A stretch of DNA of 64,000 bases from an uncultured Candidatus Saccharibacteria bacterium (lineage in GTDB: Bacteria > Patescibacteriota > Minisyncoccia > Minisyncoccales > GWA2-38-27): the NCBI GenBank assembly GCA_964394985.1, contig CAYMZK010000002.1, positions 22,349-86,348 on the forward strand. Direction: 5' to 3'. A program made the position numbers and the translations under genes. Below the pieces are notes generated by a model, which was given only the letters and a program-made list of their open reading frames with translations, was not told the DNA's origin and made no database searches. Every line of letters begins with the position of its first letter. The first letter of the stretch is position 1. Below, piece by piece: positions 1-9,697 of the stretch.

Positions 1-102
1 ATAATTATTATTGGTTGTATTGGCGGAATAATTCTTCATGACTTATACACAGATGATGAATGGTTTAGAGTAGTTGTGAAAAAAAATGTTGCACGAAAAT
101 GA
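1..102 (+). CDS. 3' end of an unidentified CDS entering from upstream of the window (...IIIIGCIGGIILHDLYTDDEWFRVVVKKNVARK*)
   Basis: Frame 1 is open from base 1 to TGA at 100-102 and is followed by a hairpin terminator. Confidence 0.3.
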   Translation: MIIIGCIGGIILHDLYTDDEWFRVVVKKNVARK

Positions 103-155
103 CATTGCATGGTACAATATAATATATAGGAAGTAGCCAGCCTATTAAAAAGAAA

Positions 156-188
156 TAAAAATTGCTCCGCCAAGCGGAGCAATTTTTT
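156..188. terminator. Bidirectional rho-independent terminator
   Basis: A-run, then stem ATTGCTCCGC/GCGGAGCAAT, then T6. It lies between the convergent upstream CDS and rny. Confidence 0.65.
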
Positions 189-189
189 A

Positions 190-1722
190 TTATCTAGCGT
201 ATTCTATAATTCTATTTTCTCTAATCACTGTCACTTTTATTTCTCCGGGATATCTTAATTCTTCTTGAATCTTTACCGCGATGTCTCTACTTAGTTTTTT
301 AGCGTCATAATCATTAATTATTTCTGGATCAACAAAAACCCTAACCTCTCTTCCAGCTTGAATGGCATAAACCTTATCCACTCCCTTAAAAGTTTTAGCA
401 ATTCCTTCAAGCTCTTCTAATCTCTTAATATATTGTTCTAAAGTATCTTTTCTGGCTCCCGGCCTAGCTCCAGATATTTGATCAGCAACTTGAACAATTA
501 CAGCTTCTAAGGTTTCGGCTGGATGTTCTTCATGGTGAGCCTTCATAGCATCTATCACATCTTCTCCAAGATTAAACTTTTCTAAAATTCTAATACCAAT
601 ATCGGTATGAGATCCTTGCACCTGGTGATCAACTGCTTTACCAATATCATGAAGAAGACCAGCTTTTTTAGCAACTTTAGTATCTGCTTTTAATTCTCCA
701 GCAATTGCTTCAGCTAAGAAGGCGACCTCAATAGAGTGAAGTAAAACATTTTGACCGTAACTAGTTCTAAATCTCAATCTTCCTAAAAGTTGAACTAATT
801 TTGGATCTAAATCAACAATGCCTGTTTCATAAATTGCTCTTTCTCCAGACTCTTTAATTTGTTGAACAATTTCAGACTCCACCTTGTTAACAATTTCTTC
901 AATTCTAGCTGGCTGGATTCTCCCGTCTTGAACTAACCTTTCTAAAGCTAGTTTTGCTATTTGCCTCCTAACTGGATCAAAGCCAGAAATAGTTACAGCT
1001 TCTGGAGTTTCATCAACAATAATTTCCACCCCAGTAAGCTTTTCTAAAGTTCTAATATTTCTTCCTTCTTTCCCAATAATCCTTCCCTTTAATTCATCAG
1101 AAGGGATTACTACCGTCGTAGTTGTTAAATCTTGAGCTTGAGACATAGCAAACTTTTGAATAGCCATAGCTAATATCTCTTTAGCTCTTTCTTCATATTT
1201 TTCTAAACCAGCCTGTTCTAATTTTTGCATCTTCCCTAAAAGATCTACCTTATACTCCTGTTCTAGATTTTTCAAAAGCTCTTTTTTAGCTTCTTCTTTT
1301 GGAAGACGAGCTATTTTTTCTAGCCTTCTCGTTGACTCTTCTCTTAGCTTCTCTAGATTTTCTTTAATCTCTTTTAATTTTTTAACTCGATCATTAAAAT
1401 CTTCTTCTTTTTTATCCAAAAAAGATACTTTTTCAGTTAAAGTATTTTCTCTTTTGATTAGTAGTTTTTGAGCGTTAAATAGTTCTCTTCTTTGACTTTC
1501 TACGTCTTTATTTGCTTTTTTTATTATCTCAGTAGCTTTAGTATTCGCCTTTGAGATTGTTTCTTCAGCCTCTTTTTTGACTTGAGCAATTTTCTTTTGA
1601 AGAGTAACCTCGATCTTGTCTGCCTTCTTTCTGGCTATTGACTGACGAGCAATATAGCCTAAAACTGCCCCCAAGGCTAAGGCAATAAAGCCCGTAGGGA
1701 CTATCCAAATTAATAAATTCAT
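190..1722 (-). CDS. rny: Ribonuclease Y
   Basis: 510 aa with an N-terminal TM helix, a long K/E coiled coil, a KH domain (GKEGRNIRTLE) and an HD domain (LLHDIGKA). Confidence 0.95.
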   Translation of the reverse strand: MNLLIWIVPTGFIALALGAVLGYIARQSIARKKADKIEVTLQKKIAQVKKEAEETISKANTKATEIIKKANKDVESQRRELFNAQKLLIKRENTLTEKVSFLDKKEEDFNDRVKKLKEIKENLEKLREESTRRLEKIARLPKEEAKKELLKNLEQEYKVDLLGKMQKLEQAGLEKYEERAKEILAMAIQKFAMSQAQDLTTTTVVIPSDELKGRIIGKEGRNIRTLEKLTGVEIIVDETPEAVTISGFDPVRRQIAKLALERLVQDGRIQPARIEEIVNKVESEIVQQIKESGERAIYETGIVDLDPKLVQLLGRLRFRTSYGQNVLLHSIEVAFLAEAIAGELKADTKVAKKAGLLHDIGKAVDHQVQGSHTDIGIRILEKFNLGEDVIDAMKAHHEEHPAETLEAVIVQVADQISGARPGARKDTLEQYIKRLEELEGIAKTFKGVDKVYAIQAGREVRVFVDPEIINDYDAKKLSRDIAVKIQEELRYPGEIKVTVIRENRIIEYAR

Positions 1723-1814
1723 AATTTTCTAGAAATTGGTCTTTCATGCCAAAATTTAAATTAATACTATATATTAACTATAGCACAAAAAAATAGAGAT
1801 TACAAGTTTAGAGA

Positions 1815-2405
1815 TTATTTCTTTAAGGTTGGTCTAGCTTCTATAACCTCGTCAATTAAGCCATACTCCTTAGCTTCGTCAGCGGTTAAATAAAAGTCTC
1901 GGTCGGTATCTTTTTCTATTTGGTCTAATGGCTTATTAGTTGCTTCAGATAAAATATTATTAAGCTTATTCTTAATCTTAACGATTTGCTTAGCAGTAAT
2001 TTCAATTTCTGATGCTTGTCCTTGAGCTCCACCAGCTACTTGATGAAGAAGTACTTCGGAATTAGGTAAAGCAAATCTTTTTCCTTTTTCTCCGGCTGCT
2101 AACAGTACCGCTCCCATCGATCCAGCCAAACCAAAACAAATGGTAGCTACCGGACACTTAACATACTTCATTGTGTCATAAATAGCTAAGCCAGCCGTGA
2201 CTGATCCTCCTGGAGTATTTATGTATAGTTGAATATCTTTTTCTGGATCCTTGCTAGCCAAAAACAACATTTGAGCAATAATGCTATTAGCATTAGCATC
2301 AGTTACTGGGCCAGTAAGAAAAATAATTCTATCTTGCAATAGGCGAGAATAGATATCATAAGCCCTTTCTCCATATCTTGTTTTTTCTAATACACTTGGA
2401 ATCAT
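1815..2405 (-). CDS. clpP: ATP-dependent Clp protease proteolytic subunit
   Basis: 196 aa with the typical ClpP sequence (RIIFLTGPV..., [18 protein letters not shown]). Located downstream of tig. Confidence 0.95.
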   Translation of the reverse strand: MIPSVLEKTRYGERAYDIYSRLLQDRIIFLTGPVTDANANSIIAQMLFLASKDPEKDIQLYINTPGGSVTAGLAIYDTMKYVKCPVATICFGLAGSMGAVLLAAGEKGKRFALPNSEVLLHQVAGGAQGQASEIEITAKQIVKIKNKLNNILSEATNKPLDQIEKDTDRDFYLTADEAKEYGLIDEVIEARPTLKK

Positions 2406-2406
2406 A

Positions 2407-3540
2407 TTATTCTTCTAATAATTTAAATATTTTATTAATTGATTCTTCGTCTTTTACTTCAATATCGTTTTCTTTTCCAATCTCTCTAAGAATTAAATAT
2501 CTTTTAACTTTCTTTTCAGCTTCTTCTTTTAGGCTCTTTAAAATTTCTTCTTCAGACTTTTTAACGCTTTTTAAGTAATCTTCAAAAGACATTTTTAACC
2601 CTTGCTCTATTTGTTTCTTTAGTTGTTCTAACATTTGCCTTTGTTCGTTTTCTACTAGGGTTGCTGGTATCTCTGTTTTAGTTTCTTTCATTATATTCTC
2701 TAATATTTCATTTCTAGCCTTAATTACTTCTGACTCATTCTTTTCTCTTTCAATCCCTTCTTTAACGCTATTTTTCAAAGAATCAACATTAGAAAATTTC
2801 CCTAAAGATTTGGCAAATTCATTGTTTATCTCTGGTAATTCCATGTCTTGGACTGAAACCATCTTAACATCAACGACAAACTTCTTTCCATTACTATCCA
2901 ATTCAATACCTTTCTTTTCATCTCCAGCCCTCATGCCAACTAACTGGTCTTCAAATCCAGGAAGCATTCTACCCTCTCCAAGAATAAAGTTATCTTTTAA
3001 AGGATTAGCATCCTTACCAGATAAAATGTATTCTATTTGAACAAAATCTCCTTTTTGAGCTGGTTCGTTTTTAATTGTCATTTTTGCTCTAGTCTTTCTC
3101 AACCAATTCATTGCTTGTTCAATTTCTTTATCATCTACGGTAACTGACTTCTTTTCTGTTTTGCTAGCTATCTTTTTATAGTCTGGCAAATCTATTTCGG
3201 GCAAAACAGCAGTTCTAGCAGTATAGATAAAATCTTCGCCTTTTTTCAGATTTTTAACTTCAATGTTTGGATAAAAGATGGCTTCGATTTTATGCTCAGC
3301 AATAGCTTTTTTGTAAGATTCATTTACCGCTAAGTCGGCTGCTTCCATTAAAACTCTTTGCTCGCCAACTGTTTCTTCTACTACATTTAATGGAGCTTTT
3401 CCTTTACGAAAGCCTTTAACTTCTAAATCAACTCCAAGCTTTTCAAGGGTTTTGCTTATATAAGAGTTGAATTCGGTAGAATCAACTTTAATTTCTAATT
3501 CTATTTCTGTTTTTGTTTGTTTTGTTATTTTACTAATCAT
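2407..3540 (-). CDS. tig: Trigger factor
   Basis: 377 aa with the N-terminal ribosome-binding signature GFRKGKAP. The tig-clpP gene order is conserved. Confidence 0.9.
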   Translation of the reverse strand: MISKITKQTKTEIELEIKVDSTEFNSYISKTLEKLGVDLEVKGFRKGKAPLNVVEETVGEQRVLMEAADLAVNESYKKAIAEHKIEAIFYPNIEVKNLKKGEDFIYTARTAVLPEIDLPDYKKIASKTEKKSVTVDDKEIEQAMNWLRKTRAKMTIKNEPAQKGDFVQIEYILSGKDANPLKDNFILGEGRMLPGFEDQLVGMRAGDEKKGIELDSNGKKFVVDVKMVSVQDMELPEINNEFAKSLGKFSNVDSLKNSVKEGIEREKNESEVIKARNEILENIMKETKTEIPATLVENEQRQMLEQLKKQIEQGLKMSFEDYLKSVKKSEEEILKSLKEEAEKKVKRYLILREIGKENDIEVKDEESINKIFKLLEE

Positions 3541-3543
3541 ATT

Positions 3544-5517
3544 TTAAACTAAGAATGCAACAATAATTAATGCTACAATATTTAATACTTTTATCATTGG
3601 ATTAATGGCTGGACCAGCCGTGTCTTTGTAAGGGTCACCAACCGTATCTCCGGTAACAGCTGCTTGGTGGGCGACTGACCCCTTCCCACCATGAGCTCCT
3701 TCTTCAATATATTTTTTAGCATTATCCCAAGCAGCTCCACCAGTTGTCATTGACAAGGCGACAAAAAGACCTGTAACAATACTTCCGATTAATAATCCTC
3801 CTAAAGCTTCGGGGCCAAGAGTAAAGCCAACAATAATCGGGGCTAGAACCGGGATTAAAGCTGGGATAATCATTTCTTTAATTGAAGCTTTAGTAACGAT
3901 ATCAACACATTTACCATATTCAGCTCTAGTCGTTCCTTCCATTAATCCAGGTATTTCTTTAAATTGCCTTCTAACTTCAGTCACTACTTTGCCAGCCGCC
4001 TTTCCAACCGCACTCATTGCGTAACTAGCGAATAAGTAAGGAAGAAGCCCGCCAATAAAAAGCCCGGTAATAATTTTAGGATTTTCTAACAAAAACCTTA
4101 CTTGCCCGCCTCCATCTAACAGCTCTTGAGCATAGGCAGAAAATAGAACTAAAGCTGCTAGACCGGCTGAAGCAATAGCGTAAGCTTTGGTAACCGCTTT
4201 TGTAGTGTTGCCGACAGCGTCTAGAGCATCAGTTACTTCTCTAACGTTTTCTGGCAATTCTGACATTTCAGCGATACCACCGGCGTTGTCGGTAATTGGA
4301 CCATAAGCGTCAACTCCAACCGCAATACCAGCCATTGAAAGCATTGCCATAACCGCAATGGCAATACCATAAATACCAGCCAAAGAATAACTAAAAATAA
4401 TCCCTAAAGAAATTATAATAATCGGCAAAGCCGTTGATTGTAATCCTACCGCAATGCCAGTAATTATATTAGTAGCATGACCAGTTTCAGAAGAATTAGC
4501 AATACTTCTTACTGGCTTGTACTTTTTAGATGTATAATATTCAGTAATTAAAAACATACCACCAACAACTAAAAGCCCGATAATAGCTGACCAATAGAGG
4601 TTGCGTGGGTTTTCAATATTAAGAGCATTAATTACAGGATAAAAACCAATAGCTGATAATAATGCTGAGGCAATTATTCCTTTATACAATGCCCCCATAA
4701 TGCTTTTCTTTTGACCTAAGCGAACAAAGAAACTTCCAATAATTGAAGCGATAATAGAAATTGCTCCTAGAAACAAAGGCAAAAGAGTTATTGACACATT
4801 ACCCGGAAAAATTAAGTTTCCTAAAATCATTGTAGCAATAATAGTTACTGTATAGGTTTCAAAAATATCAGCAGCCATCCCGGCACAGTCACCAACATTA
4901 TCTCCCACCTGATCGGCGATAACCGCCGGGTTTCGAGGGTCATCTTCAGGAATGCCTTGTTCTACTTTTCCAACTAAATCAGCGCCGACATCAGCAGCCT
5001 TAGTATAAATTCCTCCACCCACTCTAGCAAAAACTGAAATTAAACTGGCTCCAAATCCTAATGCGATTAAAGCCTCTAATTCTTCGGTAGCAAAATAAAA
5101 ACCGGAAACAGCTAACAGCCCCAAACTAACCACCAACAAGCCGGTGACTAATCCTCCCTTAAAGGATAAATCTAAAGCTGGTGCCAAGCCCTTAGTAGCC
5201 GCTTGGGTAACTCTTACATTCGCTCTAGTTGAAACAATCATTCCAATAAAGCCGGATAAAGCTGACAAAATAGCACCGATTAAAAACCCTAAAGCAGTTA
5301 AATGTCCTAAAGTAATCCAAAGTAAAACAAAAAGAAAAATAGAAACAATGCTTACTGTTTTATACTGTCTTTTTAAGTAAGCGATAGCTCCTTCTTGAAT
5401 TGCCCGAGAAATACCGATCATTCTCTCTGAGCCAGAAGGCTGATCTTTAATCTTTTTAATCAAGTAACCGACAAATAATATTGTAATTATAGATACATAT
5501 ATAGGTAAGTACATCAT
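3544..5517 (-). CDS. hppA: Membrane-bound proton/sodium-translocating pyrophosphatase
   Basis: 657 aa polytopic membrane protein with motifs [19 protein letters not shown] and [17 protein letters not shown]. Confidence 0.95.
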   Translation of the reverse strand: MMYLPIYVSIITILFVGYLIKKIKDQPSGSERMIGISRAIQEGAIAYLKRQYKTVSIVSIFLFVLLWITLGHLTALGFLIGAILSALSGFIGMIVSTRANVRVTQAATKGLAPALDLSFKGGLVTGLLVVSLGLLAVSGFYFATEELEALIALGFGASLISVFARVGGGIYTKAADVGADLVGKVEQGIPEDDPRNPAVIADQVGDNVGDCAGMAADIFETYTVTIIATMILGNLIFPGNVSITLLPLFLGAISIIASIIGSFFVRLGQKKSIMGALYKGIIASALLSAIGFYPVINALNIENPRNLYWSAIIGLLVVGGMFLITEYYTSKKYKPVRSIANSSETGHATNIITGIAVGLQSTALPIIIISLGIIFSYSLAGIYGIAIAVMAMLSMAGIAVGVDAYGPITDNAGGIAEMSELPENVREVTDALDAVGNTTKAVTKAYAIASAGLAALVLFSAYAQELLDGGGQVRFLLENPKIITGLFIGGLLPYLFASYAMSAVGKAAGKVVTEVRRQFKEIPGLMEGTTRAEYGKCVDIVTKASIKEMIIPALIPVLAPIIVGFTLGPEALGGLLIGSIVTGLFVALSMTTGGAAWDNAKKYIEEGAHGGKGSVAHQAAVTGDTVGDPYKDTAGPAINPMIKVLNIVALIIVAFLV

Positions 5518-5546
5518 ATAACTGAATTTTTAATTTTTAATTTTTA

Positions 5547-6740
5547 TTATTTCTCTTCTTTCTTTGCCTCGCCAGAGCTTTTGGCGTCGGCGGATTCTAC
5601 TTCTTTAATTTCTTTTTTTAATTCTTTTTCTGCTTCGTCAGCATTAGCAGCAGTTCTAACATCTATCTTCCAACCAGTTAGTTTGGCTGCCAATCTAACA
5701 TTTTGTCCGTCTTTGCCAATAGCTAATGATAACTGATCTTCCGGAACAATGCAAAGAGCAGTATTCTTTGGAAGAATTCTCACTTCTTCAATTTTGGCAG
5801 GAGAAAGAGCATTAGTTAAATATTCAGCTGGATCTTCTGACCACTCTATAATATCTATTTTTTCTCCGCCAAGCTCATTAATAATAGCCATTACTCTGGT
5901 TCCTCTTTGACCAACAGCACTTCCGATTGGATCAATCCCTTCTTCTTTTGATTCTACAGCTATTTTAGATCTTGAACCGGCCTCTCTAGCAATGGATTTA
6001 ATCTCAACTTGACCCTGAGAAATTTCTGGAACTTCTAATTCAAATAACTTGCTAATTAATTTAGGATAAGCTCTAGACAAAAGAACGATTGGGCCTTTCG
6101 GAGTTTCATCTACTTTAAGGATATAAAACTTTAATCTTTGTCCTGTTTTGTAAAACTCTCCATAAACTTGCTCTTCTCTAGGCATTAATCCTAAGGTTTT
6201 GCCAATATCTACATAAACATTTCTACTCTCAACCCTCTGAACAATTCCAGAAGCAATTTCTCCTTCTTTTGTCTTGTATTCTTCTAACACCATCTCTCTT
6301 TCAGCTTCTCTAATCTTTTGCAAAATAACTTGTTTGGCAGTTTGAGCCGCAATTCTTCCGTAGTCTTCTTTGGGCTTTAAGGGAATCTCTATTTCATCGC
6401 CAATCTTAGCGTTTTTGGCCTCTTCAAGCATTATATGTTTTTCCGGATTAAATCTTGCTTTTTCACTTCCTTCCGGCATTTCCAGCTCTCCTTTTTCTAG
6501 TTTTTCTAGTTCCTCATCGGAATAAATCATGCTTTCATCTACTACTTGCTTTACTTGCCAAAACTTAACTCCGCCTGACTTTTGATCAAGCTTGGCTTTA
6601 ATAATTTGGCCCTTTTCGCCATAATCTTTTTTATAAGCAGCAGCAATAGCTGCTTCAATGCTTTCTGCTATTCTTTCAGCAGATATACCTTTTTCCTCGG
6701 CAATTTGAGAAATAGCGGAAGCAAAATTCTTTAAATCCAT
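5547..6740 (-). CDS. nusA: Transcription termination/antitermination factor NusA
   Basis: 397 aa with NusA N-terminal, S1 and tandem KH regions (GSAVGQRGTRV, AIGKDGQNVRLA). Confidence 0.93.
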   Translation of the reverse strand: MDLKNFASAISQIAEEKGISAERIAESIEAAIAAAYKKDYGEKGQIIKAKLDQKSGGVKFWQVKQVVDESMIYSDEELEKLEKGELEMPEGSEKARFNPEKHIMLEEAKNAKIGDEIEIPLKPKEDYGRIAAQTAKQVILQKIREAEREMVLEEYKTKEGEIASGIVQRVESRNVYVDIGKTLGLMPREEQVYGEFYKTGQRLKFYILKVDETPKGPIVLLSRAYPKLISKLFELEVPEISQGQVEIKSIAREAGSRSKIAVESKEEGIDPIGSAVGQRGTRVMAIINELGGEKIDIIEWSEDPAEYLTNALSPAKIEEVRILPKNTALCIVPEDQLSLAIGKDGQNVRLAAKLTGWKIDVRTAANADEAEKELKKEIKEVESADAKSSGEAKKEEK

Positions 6741-6888
6741 ATTGATTATAATTATTTAATAAAAATGTCCGTTTTCCAACGGACACCTACTCATTCTTTC
6801 TTAATTTCATATTAACAAAAAAGAAACACCCTGTCAACATGTCAGTGGGCACATTCAACTTACAAGCGCAACACTTGAAGGAAAAAGA

Positions 6889-7000
6889 CTCCTGACCCCT
6901 TTTTTACCCCTTTTAGACCTTACGGTACAGAGCTCCCGCTACACAACACGTTTAGAGCTCTTAATTGAAATAAAATTTATGAAGGTTCAACCTTCATACG
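6889..7000. repeat. Degenerate copy of the composite junction repeat (CTCCTGACCCC motif plus ATGAAGGTTCAACCTTCAT palindrome)
   Basis: Both motifs recur in the 34-47.7 kb repeats and at the kinase-locus junctions. Confidence 0.5.
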
Positions 7001-7098
7001 GTCGTTTTCAACAAAGCCCATGATTAATTTCACGGGCTTCTTTTTTTACCCAATTCCGCCCAAACAAAACCCAGTCCAAAACTCCGGAGCCAGGCTCC

Positions 7099-7917
7099 TT
7101 AGCTTAGGAATTGTATTAGATCTTCAACTTTTTCTGTATCGATTCTTTGATCGAATGATTTTACGTTGACTTCGTCTTTTTGGGGAGTGCCTTCTTTAAG
7201 AGAAGTACTTACGATTAGACCGTCTGCATATTCCAATAACTCTTTTGCATTTTCTTTGTCCGCACCACTTCCAATTAGAATATGGAAGTCACCGATACTT
7301 GTCCGTACAGCTGACAACTCTTTCATGTCTGGAGCTTCTCCAGTCCATCTTCCTGTTACTATTAAGGCGTCTGATCCACGCTCAATTGCTTCCTTCGCCG
7401 ATTCTTCTATTGGTCTTTTATTCAAAAGTTCTGAATGCTTTACTTGAATATCCGTGAATAAAGCTATATCTTCAGCGTTAATTTCTTTCTGATATTCTAA
7501 AACAGCCTTCGGATCACCCGTAACAACCCCGCAATCAGTTTTTACCTTATCAACAAAAACAGGAATTCTTATAAATTTCGCCCCTATTTTTTTTGCGATG
7601 AAAAGACCTGCTCTATAATCATTCCATAAAACATTCACGCCAATTGGAAGTTTTGTTTCTTGTTTTATTCTCTTCCCTAGAGAAATCATCATATCAACTA
7701 TTTCTGGAGTAGTATTTTCTTGATGAGGGATATCATAATTATTTTCAATTATGATTGCATCCACTCCGCCGTTTTCAAAAGATTTCAAATCTTTTAAAGC
7801 GTTCTCTAATATAACGTCTTCTCCTGGAAAATCTGGATAACCTAAAAGTGGTGCAAAATGGATTACACCTATCGCCACTTTTTTATTATTAAAAATTTTA
7901 TTAAATTTTGTATTCAT
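7099..7917 (-). CDS. BtpA/SgcQ-family TIM-barrel protein
   Basis: 272 aa. The N-terminal VAIGVIHFAPLLGYP...GGVDAIIIEN pattern is typical of the BtpA family. Confidence 0.7.
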   Translation of the reverse strand: MNTKFNKIFNNKKVAIGVIHFAPLLGYPDFPGEDVILENALKDLKSFENGGVDAIIIENNYDIPHQENTTPEIVDMMISLGKRIKQETKLPIGVNVLWNDYRAGLFIAKKIGAKFIRIPVFVDKVKTDCGVVTGDPKAVLEYQKEINAEDIALFTDIQVKHSELLNKRPIEESAKEAIERGSDALIVTGRWTGEAPDMKELSAVRTSIGDFHILIGSGADKENAKELLEYADGLIVSTSLKEGTPQKDEVNVKSFDQRIDTEKVEDLIQFLS

Positions 7918-7959
7918 ATTTTAATTATAACAGATAAAATGAGTTCTATGAAAAAAGAG

Positions 7960-7992
7960 GGGAATGGTCGACATCTGTCGACCATTCCCTTT
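7960..7992 (-). terminator. Rho-independent terminator after the TrpD-like gene
   Basis: GGGAATGGTCGAC/GTCGACCATTCCC stem, followed by a T-run on the minus strand. Confidence 0.75.
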
Positions 7993-7995
7993 TGC

Positions 7996-9114
7996 CTAAC
8001 CAGGAAGTGATTCTTTTACTGCGATTATCTTCGCCTTGACTGCACCAGACTTCATAACTTCCTCTGCCATACTGAAACATTTTTTCCAATCTTCCGATCT
8101 TCCGGCGAGACGGAAAAGAAGAGCTGCATTGGCAGAAACCATCTGCCTAACATAACAATTTGATGTCAGGTCTAGAATAGTTTCGGAAAAGACTCCCTTG
8201 CTTATCCCTGACGGTGGAGAAACAGACTCTGGACAAATCGGAGACAGGCCGAAATCTTCGGCCGAGAGATGAAACTCTCTTATCTCTCCATCTTTGAGCT
8301 CAGCTACTTGGGTTCCACCTTCGCAGATAGAGACTTCGTCAATTCCTTCCTCTCGGGCTCCGTCTATAAAGCCCCGGACAAAAAGTCCATGCTTCAAATA
8401 GGTAATCCCTTTTTCGTTGAGAATCTTGTAAGCCTCAGCTACAACTCGCGGAGAGATCAGGTGATTAACACCCAAAACTCGTCGAGTCATTAGGACCGGA
8501 GACAACGGATTAGTTATCGGACCAATGATGTCGTTCATGTGCGGAAGCATTGCGATCTTGTGAGTCTGAAGATGGATTCTCTTGAACCGAGTATCAAGAG
8601 CCTCGGTATACACGAACCCCAACTCTTCGAGACAACGCTCTGCGTTTTCCTTAGAAGGATAAGCATTTATCCCACACATGGTTATGAAGTCCGAGCTTCC
8701 GTGTCTTCCTCCGTCAGCATTAGCCGGCGATCCATGCTTGCACATCGGAATTCCCGCCGTTGCTGCAATAAACGCAGCTATTGTCGAAACGTTAGCCGTC
8801 ACGACAAGATCTCCGCCCATGCCACAGTTATCCATAGCATAGTCCACTTTCGGATTAAGGAAACCGGATTTCGATTCTCCGATATCCGCTTCGAAGATAG
8901 CTGCACAAACACCTGCGATTTGACTTGCTCCATTCAGAGAAAGATAAGTCGCTTTGTTGTGCAGAGCCGAGAGAAGTGCGATGCTCTGAATTTTTGCTAA
9001 CTCATCTCCATTACATCCCACCAGTGCCATCAACCCCAATTCGTAAGCTTCTTCAAAACTTAGTGCGAGGTTTCTGTACGCATGATCTTTCAAGCAGTGT
9101 TTTACGTTCAACAT
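7996..9114 (-). CDS. Glycosyl transferase family 3 protein (anthranilate phosphoribosyltransferase TrpD-like)
   Basis: Motifs DNCGMGGD and KHGS...GSSD resemble TrpD/nucleoside phosphorylase family signatures. The ORF track starts at 9138, but the Met at 9114 follows a strong GGAG Shine-Dalgarno site. Confidence 0.7.
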   Translation of the reverse strand: MLNVKHCLKDHAYRNLALSFEEAYELGLMALVGCNGDELAKIQSIALLSALHNKATYLSLNGASQIAGVCAAIFEADIGESKSGFLNPKVDYAMDNCGMGGDLVVTANVSTIAAFIAATAGIPMCKHGSPANADGGRHGSSDFITMCGINAYPSKENAERCLEELGFVYTEALDTRFKRIHLQTHKIAMLPHMNDIIGPITNPLSPVLMTRRVLGVNHLISPRVVAEAYKILNEKGITYLKHGLFVRGFIDGAREEGIDEVSICEGGTQVAELKDGEIREFHLSAEDFGLSPICPESVSPPSGISKGVFSETILDLTSNCYVRQMVSANAALLFRLAGRSEDWKKCFSMAEEVMKSGAVKAKIIAVKESLPG

Positions 9115-9184
9115 TTTAATCTCCTTTATATCTTGCATTCCTGGTTAGTTTTCAAAGAACAATTGAGAGTTTTTTTATCAACGC

Positions 9185-9440
9185 AATAAAAAAACTTCTC
9201 GTCTCTATTATCTAAAAAATAGATAACAGGGACGAGAAGTCTTCCCGTGGTACCACCCTGGTTTCGCGCAAAGTAAATAAATTTACCGCCCGACACTTAC
9301 TGACTCAATTAAGAAACAGTTATCCTCTGATTACGGAGGAAGCCGAGTTGCCACCCTGTCTGCCGGCAGGCAGATAACAGCAGAAACCATCTCCTCGGGC
9401 CCAACCATCCAAAGCCCTTTGGATGACCCGATTCACAGAT
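9185..9440 (-). promoter_or_regulatory. T-box riboswitch leader (specifier not assigned)
   Basis: Minus strand reads AGGGTGGTACCACGG, which is the T-box consensus with one common variant. It overlaps a terminator CTTCTCGTC...GACGAGAAG plus T7 (9188-9239). The putative promoter is TTGACA-18-TAAAAT at about 9465-9495. Confidence 0.7.
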
Positions 9441-9560
9441 TTTAATAATTTTCAATGTTAATTTAATTTTAGCAAAAAAACAAGCCTCTTGTCAACCCGT
9501 TGACACTGTTGACAATTTTCTTGACAAAAAAATTTATTCAATATACACTTAAATTATAGT

Positions 9561-9641
9561 ATGAGAAAAAAAGAATTATCAATAGAAATAATTCATCATC
9601 ATAGGCTATCTTATGTTGTTAGCAATTTTCTGATGATTTAA
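9561..9641 (+). promoter_or_regulatory. Candidate 26-codon leader peptide MRKKELSIEIIHHHRLSYVVSNFLMI with three consecutive His codons
   Basis: The ORF is followed by mutually exclusive pairings 9615-9623/9673-9681 and 9670-9675/9682-9687 plus T6, directly upstream of the M20 peptidase start. Confidence 0.3.
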
Positions 9642-9697
9642 AATATACTTAAATAATAAATCATTTCAATCAGCTAACAACAGCTGATTTTTTAATC

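Noticed and set aside
1565-1747. 60-aa ORF overlapping the rny start
   Set aside because: It is out of frame within the rny N-terminal coding region, and rny has a clear start with a TM helix.
8539-9000. Plus-strand ORFs nested in minus-strand genes (also 2378-2578, 5144-5380, 13426-13632, 23002-23505, 27122-27562, 53298-53729 and others in the track)
   Set aside because: They lie entirely or largely antisense to well-supported genes, lack SD sites, and have odd composition. They are treated as shadow ORFs.
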